A DNA stretch of 2,389 bases from Naegleria gruberi (lineage: Eukaryota): the NCBI GenBank assembly GCA_000004985.1, contig GG739233.1, one strand, 5' to 3'. Positions 1 through 2,389 of this stretch are shown here, piece by piece. A program made the translations under genes and the position numbers. Within the stretch, counting starts at the first letter, position 1. The number at the start of each line of letters is the position of its first letter. The notes below the pieces were generated by a model that saw nothing but the letters and a program-made list of their open reading frames with translations, was not told the DNA's origin and searched no databases.

Positions 1-283
1 GGTTTAAAAACATAAATTTAGCAAAATTATTACTAATCATTTCTTTAATTAACTCATCATAATTATTAATAGATTTAATAGGAATATTATTTGATAATTT
101 AATAATCTTTTTAGAATGTGGTTTAAAATGATCATAGGGTCTAACTTTATAACTATCTGGTGTTCCGTTTTTACAAACAATACAAATTTCATTTGATGAC
201 TCCTTCTTATTCATTGAATCTTTTAATAAAGTTACTAGTGTTTCCTCCTGTTTTTGTTTTTTGCGTTTGGGTTGTTTAAGCAT
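1..283 (-). CDS. Partial CDS. The 5' end is complete and the ORF continues beyond window position 1. Hypothetical basic protein with a putative C2H2/BED-like zinc-finger motif. Hand translation: MLKQPKRKKQKQEETLVTLLKDSMNKKESSNEICIVCKNGTPDSYKVRPYDHFKPHSKKIIKLSNNIPIKSINNYDELIKEMISNNFAKFMFLN...
   Basis: The ATG is the reverse complement of 281-283 and is preceded by an A6 run (caaaaaaATG). There are 94 stop-free codons in sequence that is more than 75% AT; the chance expectation for that is roughly 1e-4. All three plus-strand frames have stops within the first 60 nt. Codon usage is AAA/AAT/TTA-rich, like the neighbouring gene. There is an in-frame TAA at 308-310 upstream. The ORF is absent from the supplied track only because it has no stop inside the window. 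The motif C-x2-C-x14-H-x3-H (ICIVCKNGTPDSYKVRPYDHFKPH) follows a KQPKRKKQKQ basic stretch. Confidence 0.55.
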   Translation of the reverse strand, partial: MLKQPKRKKQKQEETLVTLLKDSMNKKESSNEICIVCKNGTPDSYKVRPYDHFKPHSKKIIKLSNNIPIKSINNYDELIKEMISNNFAKFMFLN

Positions 284-332
284 TTTTTTGACCCTGCAAT
301 AAATTTTTTATTTTTATTGCAGGGTCAAAAAA
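284..332. repeat. Perfect inverted repeat (palindrome). The arms are 284-303 TTTTTTGACCCTGCAATAAA and 313-332 TTTATTGCAGGGTCAAAAAA, with a 9-nt spacer TTTTTTATT. The GC-containing core stem is GACCCTGCAAT.
   Basis: Direct reverse-complement comparison of the two arms gives 20/20 matches. The element is flanked by a T7 run and an A6 run. AATAAA is present on the plus strand at 298-303 and on the minus strand at 318-313 and 312-307. Confidence 0.9.
307..318 (-). promoter_or_regulatory. Candidate polyadenylation signal(s), AATAAAAATAAA, for the RWP-RK gene.
   Basis: On the minus strand two overlapping AATAAA motifs lie about 123-135 nt downstream of the TAA stop at 441-443. This is canonical eukaryotic poly(A) signal spacing. 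There is no transcript evidence. Confidence 0.35.
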
Positions 333-440
333 TACTTTGTTTGGTGAAACAGAAGTTGAAGTTGATTAATGTTATTGTTGAACTTGTTGATGTAAGTGAT
401 AATGATGGTATAGAAGTGATAGATTAAATGTTATACTTTA

Positions 441-1553
441 TTAAAATGTTTCTTTATAGGTTCCATCATACCACAACTTCAAAGAAATCATTCCGAATGA
501 AACTGTAACCAGTTGAGTGATTGAATTATGAGAAACACTTAATCTATAAACCATGTTTCGAACATGATCCCATCCTTCCATGAATTCCAATTGTCTATTG
601 CAATGTTCATTAAACTCATTCAACTCCTCTCCTAAAAATGAATAATCATTGTCTTCGATAACTGGAAAACTGAAATCATTTGATGATGTACTACTTGTTG
701 TTGATGTAGAATCGTTGAATATTGTTATTCCTTTCCCATCTTCAAATTCCGATTCATAATTATTATTATCTAAACTATATTGATTCAAAGTCCATCGTCC
801 ATTTCCGAATGTTGGTAAATATGGAAATTCAAACACATATCTTGAAACATTTCCTTTTGTAAAACAGCCAATAGAATCGTATCCAAGAACCTTTCTACTT
901 CTAATTGTACAATATTCTCCATACATATCAAAGTAACTGGTAAATACATTTCTGGTACACTTTGAAACTGGCATACAGAATACAACTTTCTTGAATCCAT
1001 TTGCTACTCTACCAATCATACGATCACAAATATCCTTTTCCAATCTTTTCATTTCCAAAAAATGTAAGAAATCTTGTAGTTCATATTTGTTAAAAGTGAA
1101 AATCTTATCATCATCTGTATAACCGGAATAAATTGATTCATGGTTAACATTATGTTGATTATTTTCAAGTGGAGAAGGAAGATATAATATTTTAGGTTCA
1201 ATAGAAGTGAATGGATTATTGCCCTTTTTGATTTGTTGTTTGTATATGAGAGATTTTTTAAAGATTGGAAAGTCATTTTCATCTCTAGGAAATTCTTCTT
1301 CTTCCTTCACTATGATGTTGTTGTTGTTGTTATTGGTTAGCATTTGTTGTCTAGCCTTTTGTGTTGGCCATCTAACCATAGAAAGCTCCTCTCTATGCTT
1401 CTTGAATAAAGAGCGAAGTTTGAAAGAAGATGTACCAAGTACTTTAGTAGCTTGCTCTTGGCTCAAGTGAAGAACGGACTTCAGTTCATCCAATGTTAAT
1501 TGCTTCTTCTTTGGTGAAGTTCCATCCAGTGGATTGTAGTGAATGAAGGACAT
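441..1553 (-). CDS. RWP-RK domain-containing putative transcription factor, 370 aa. The N-terminal RWP-RK domain is followed by an Asn6 linker, an acidic stretch and an unassigned C-terminal region of about 250 aa with scattered Cys/His.
   Basis: This is the ORF from the supplied track. I verified the ATG (reverse complement of 1551-1553) and the TAA (reverse complement of 441-443). There is an in-frame upstream stop at 1578-1580. Residues about 18-68, LTLDELKSVLHLSQEQATKVLGTSSFKLRSLFKKHREELSMVRWPTQKARQQ, match the RWP-RK consensus: the LTLxxL start, the hydrophobic/basic helix pattern and the invariant RWP, here RWPTQK where the canonical form is RWPxRK. The ORF is long and uninterrupted in AT-rich DNA. 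Confidence 0.85.
   Translation of the reverse strand: MSFIHYNPLDGTSPKKKQLTLDELKSVLHLSQEQATKVLGTSSFKLRSLFKKHREELSMVRWPTQKARQQMLTNNNNNNIIVKEEEEFPRDENDFPIFKKSLIYKQQIKKGNNPFTSIEPKILYLPSPLENNQHNVNHESIYSGYTDDDKIFTFNKYELQDFLHFLEMKRLEKDICDRMIGRVANGFKKVVFCMPVSKCTRNVFTSYFDMYGEYCTIRSRKVLGYDSIGCFTKGNVSRYVFEFPYLPTFGNGRWTLNQYSLDNNNYESEFEDGKGITIFNDSTSTTSSTSSNDFSFPVIEDNDYSFLGEELNEFNEHCNRQLEFMEGWDHVRNMVYRLSVSHNSITQLVTVSFGMISLKLWYDGTYKETF
1317..1334 (-). repeat. (AAC)5AAT trinucleotide microsatellite encoding an Asn6 homopolymer.
   Basis: The plus strand reads gttgttgttgttgttatt. It is in frame within the CDS and yields NNNNNN. This is typical of dictyostelid coding repeats. Confidence 0.8.
1350..1502 (-). 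other. Segment encoding the RWP-RK DNA-binding domain. R61-W62-P63 are encoded at 1373-1365.
   Basis: Nucleotide-to-codon mapping checked by hand. AGA-TGG-CCA on the minus strand corresponds to plus-strand tct/cca/tgg at 1365-1373. Confidence 0.75.
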
Positions 1554-1635
1554 TGGTGGGGATGTTGTGTGCTGTTGTTAATAGGTACGGTATTGTTTTG
1601 AACATTTTTTTTACCATGTGTTTTTTGTATGGATG

Positions 1636-1643
1636 TATTTATA
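1636..1643 (-). promoter_or_regulatory. TATA-box-like TATAAATA for the RWP-RK gene.
   Basis: The minus strand reads TATAAATA, the reverse complement of tatttata. It lies about 85-90 nt upstream of ATG 1553. The spacing is compatible with a TATA box, a TSS about 30 nt downstream and a short 5'UTR. The motif is common by chance in AT-rich DNA. Confidence 0.3.
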
Positions 1644-1763
1644 GAACAATTTTGACAACGCCAGCGAAAGTAAACACAGAGAAGCCACACATTTTTAACA
1701 CGTTGTTTACCTTGTTATCTTCCTCTGTAAATAATTTTCCATAGAGGTTTGGAATATTCTTCA

Positions 1764-1777
1764 AAAAAGTACTTTTT
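1764..1777. repeat. Perfect 14-bp palindrome AAAAAGTACTTTTT in the divergent promoter.
   Basis: The sequence is self-reverse-complementary and centred on GTAC. Confidence 0.6.
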
Positions 1778-1903
1778 CTAATCTAGTGCACTCTTTACTT
1801 TCAAAAATGAATTTAAAAGAACATTTGATTTTAAGTAATAGTAATAATTAAATATTAAATAGTCATTTGTAATTTATTATTTAAAAAAATAATTTTAAAA
1901 AAA

Positions 1904-2389
1904 ATGGACTCACACAATATCAGAGTTTTTCAATCACAAGATATTTTGTGCCCACACGATCTCGGACAGCCCTACTGCAGTGCTGCGAGTGATAGTTTAT
2001 TCTGGGTCGCATACAATGGAATTGTCAAAGGCTACTCGACACAAACAACACAGAAAGAGTTTCATTGCCTTTATGAATTTCAGCCTTTGTGGAATCAAGT
2101 GGATGCTATTCATTATTTGCCAGATATTAGGAGAGTAATTACGGTGGAAAGGAGAGTTTTATATTCATCATCTTCATCATCATTGAATGGAGGAGCAACA
2201 ATAACATCCTCTCCGATGAATAATAGTTTAAATGTTTTGGCAACATCATCAAATTTGACGGATTTTAAATCAAATCTCACGAGTGTTAATAATAATAACA
2301 GTCAGGGAACAAATGGTGGAGTGAGTGTGGAGCAATGTTGTAGAGTTTATCATTTTGATTATGATAAGAAGGAGAGAAAGACAATAATT
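1904..2389 (+). CDS. Partial CDS, open to the window end (162 codons, 5' end complete). Hypothetical protein. Hand translation: MDSHNIRVFQSQDILCPHDLGQPYCSAASDSLFWVAYNGIVKGYSTQTTQKEFHCLYEFQPLWNQVDAIHYLPDIRRVITVERRVLYSSSSSSLNGGATITSSPMNNSLNVLATSSNLTDFKSNLTSVNNNNSQGTNGGVSVEQCCRVYHFDYDKKERKTII...
   Basis: The ATG at 1904 follows an A7 run. There is an in-frame TAA upstream at 1856-1858. I checked codon by codon and found no stop in 486 nt. The other two plus-strand frames contain stops in this interval. The N-terminal roughly 80 codons are markedly GC-richer than the surroundings (for example ccacacgatctcggacagccctactgcagtgctgcgag), consistent with constrained coding sequence. Ser6 is encoded by (TCA/TCT) and Asn4 by (AAT/AAC), both typical of the genome idiom. 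The ORF is missing from the supplied track because there is no stop in the window. Confidence 0.6.
   Translation, partial: MDSHNIRVFQSQDILCPHDLGQPYCSAASDSLFWVAYNGIVKGYSTQTTQKEFHCLYEFQPLWNQVDAIHYLPDIRRVITVERRVLYSSSSSSLNGGATITSSPMNNSLNVLATSSNLTDFKSNLTSVNNNNSQGTNGGVSVEQCCRVYHFDYDKKERKTII
2165..2182 (+). repeat. TCA/TCT trinucleotide run encoding Ser6.
   Basis: The sequence is tcatcatcttcatcatca, in frame. Confidence 0.7.

Larger units (their letters stand above)
1554..1903. promoter_or_regulatory. Bidirectional intergenic/promoter region between divergently oriented genes. It includes the presumed 5'UTRs.
   Basis: It lies between ATG 1553 (minus) and ATG 1904 (plus). The 1800-1903 segment is more than 90% AT with A/T homopolymer runs and an A-run directly before the plus-strand ATG (aaaaaaaATGg). 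There is no long ORF with plausible composition. Confidence 0.55.

Noticed and set aside
284-332. Palindrome as a rho-independent (intrinsic) transcription terminator.
   Set aside because: The hairpin plus T-run does resemble a bacterial terminator. Every other feature is eukaryotic (poly-Asn codon repeats, AATAAA, A-run Kozak contexts, RWP-RK family), and eukaryotic Pol II does not use intrinsic terminators.
333-440. Strong strand asymmetry: the plus strand is almost C-free here (about 4 C in 108 nt), with short tandem motifs (GAAGTT x2, GTGATA x2).
   Set aside because: This is consistent with an ordinary G-poor 3'UTR on the minus strand. The repeats are too short to be meaningful on their own.
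441-800. PB1 domain at the C-terminus of the RWP-RK protein, as in plant NLPs. The patch YESEFEDGKGITIF vaguely resembles an OPCA acidic motif.
   Set aside because: The spacing and the conserved Lys/β-strand pattern of PB1 are not recognisable. The similarity is limited to a generic acidic patch.
785-1000. Supplied 71-aa minus-strand ORF nested inside the RWP-RK CDS in another frame.
   Set aside because: It is fully contained within a much longer ORF that has a recognisable conserved domain. It has no independent start context and is typical alternate-frame noise.
1049-1282. Supplied 77-aa minus-strand ORF (MKMTFQSLKN...).
   Set aside because: It overlaps the 370-aa CDS in a different frame. 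The protein is low-complexity I/L/K/N-rich, characteristic of an out-of-frame read of AT-rich coding DNA.
1207-1470. Supplied 87-aa plus-strand ORF (MNGLLPF...LLLLLLV...).
   Set aside because: It starts at GTG, a bacterial-style alternative start that is not appropriate for a eukaryote. It is antisense to the RWP-RK domain and Asn6 region, and its Leu run is simply the reverse read of the (AAC)n repeat.
1496-1744. Supplied 64-aa minus-strand (GTG-initiated) and 63-aa plus-strand ORFs spanning the RWP-RK start and promoter.
   Set aside because: The minus-strand ORF needs a GTG start and overlaps the main ATG out of frame. The plus-strand ORF is antisense to the 5' leader. Neither has coding-like composition. 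They are relevant only as possible uORF material, noted in the findings.
1-2389. tRNA genes, tRNA-targeted retroelement (TRE) signatures, LTRs, CRISPR or other prokaryotic or mobile features.
   Set aside because: I found no B-box-like GGTTCGAATCC or cloverleaf-compatible segment. There are no direct repeats of 20 bp or more other than the palindrome and no RT or integrase-like ORF. I have no support for a mobile-element call.

Overview
This is an AT-rich eukaryotic window and the coding idiom is most consistent with a dictyostelid social amoeba. That call rests on several features: poly-Asn and poly-Ser runs encoded by (AAC)n and (TCA)n, A-runs immediately 5' of start codons, very AT-rich intergenic DNA, and AATAAA motifs. 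It is not prokaryotic. The supplied ORF track is a prokaryotic-style caller that accepts GTG starts, and it misses two ORFs that run off the window edges.

I can support three protein-coding genes.
1. A complete minus-strand gene (441-1553, 370 aa) encodes an N-terminal RWP-RK DNA-binding domain with the motif VRWPTQK. An Asn6 linker, an acidic patch and an unrecognised C-terminal region of about 250 aa with scattered Cys/His follow the domain.
2. Immediately downstream on the same strand a second ORF starts at 283 and runs off the window at coordinate 1. It has a Lys-rich NLS-like N-terminus and a CxxC-x14-HxxxH zinc-finger-like motif.
3. A divergently transcribed plus-strand ORF starts at 1904 and is open to the window end (162 codons). 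It has a compositionally distinct, GC-richer N-terminal segment and then Ser/Asn low-complexity sequence.

The most unusual non-coding element is a perfect palindrome with 20-bp arms (284-303 / 313-332). It carries AATAAA on both strands, sits in the 157-bp gap between the two tandem minus-strand genes, and directly abuts the ATG of the downstream ORF. It also provides a splice-acceptor-like TTTATTGCAG. Together with a GTATGA 178 nt upstream, this could splice the RWP-RK ORF in frame to the downstream ORF. That is a hypothesis, not a call.

The divergent promoter region (1554-1903) contains a TATAAATA on the minus strand and a 14-bp AAAAAGTACTTTTT palindrome.
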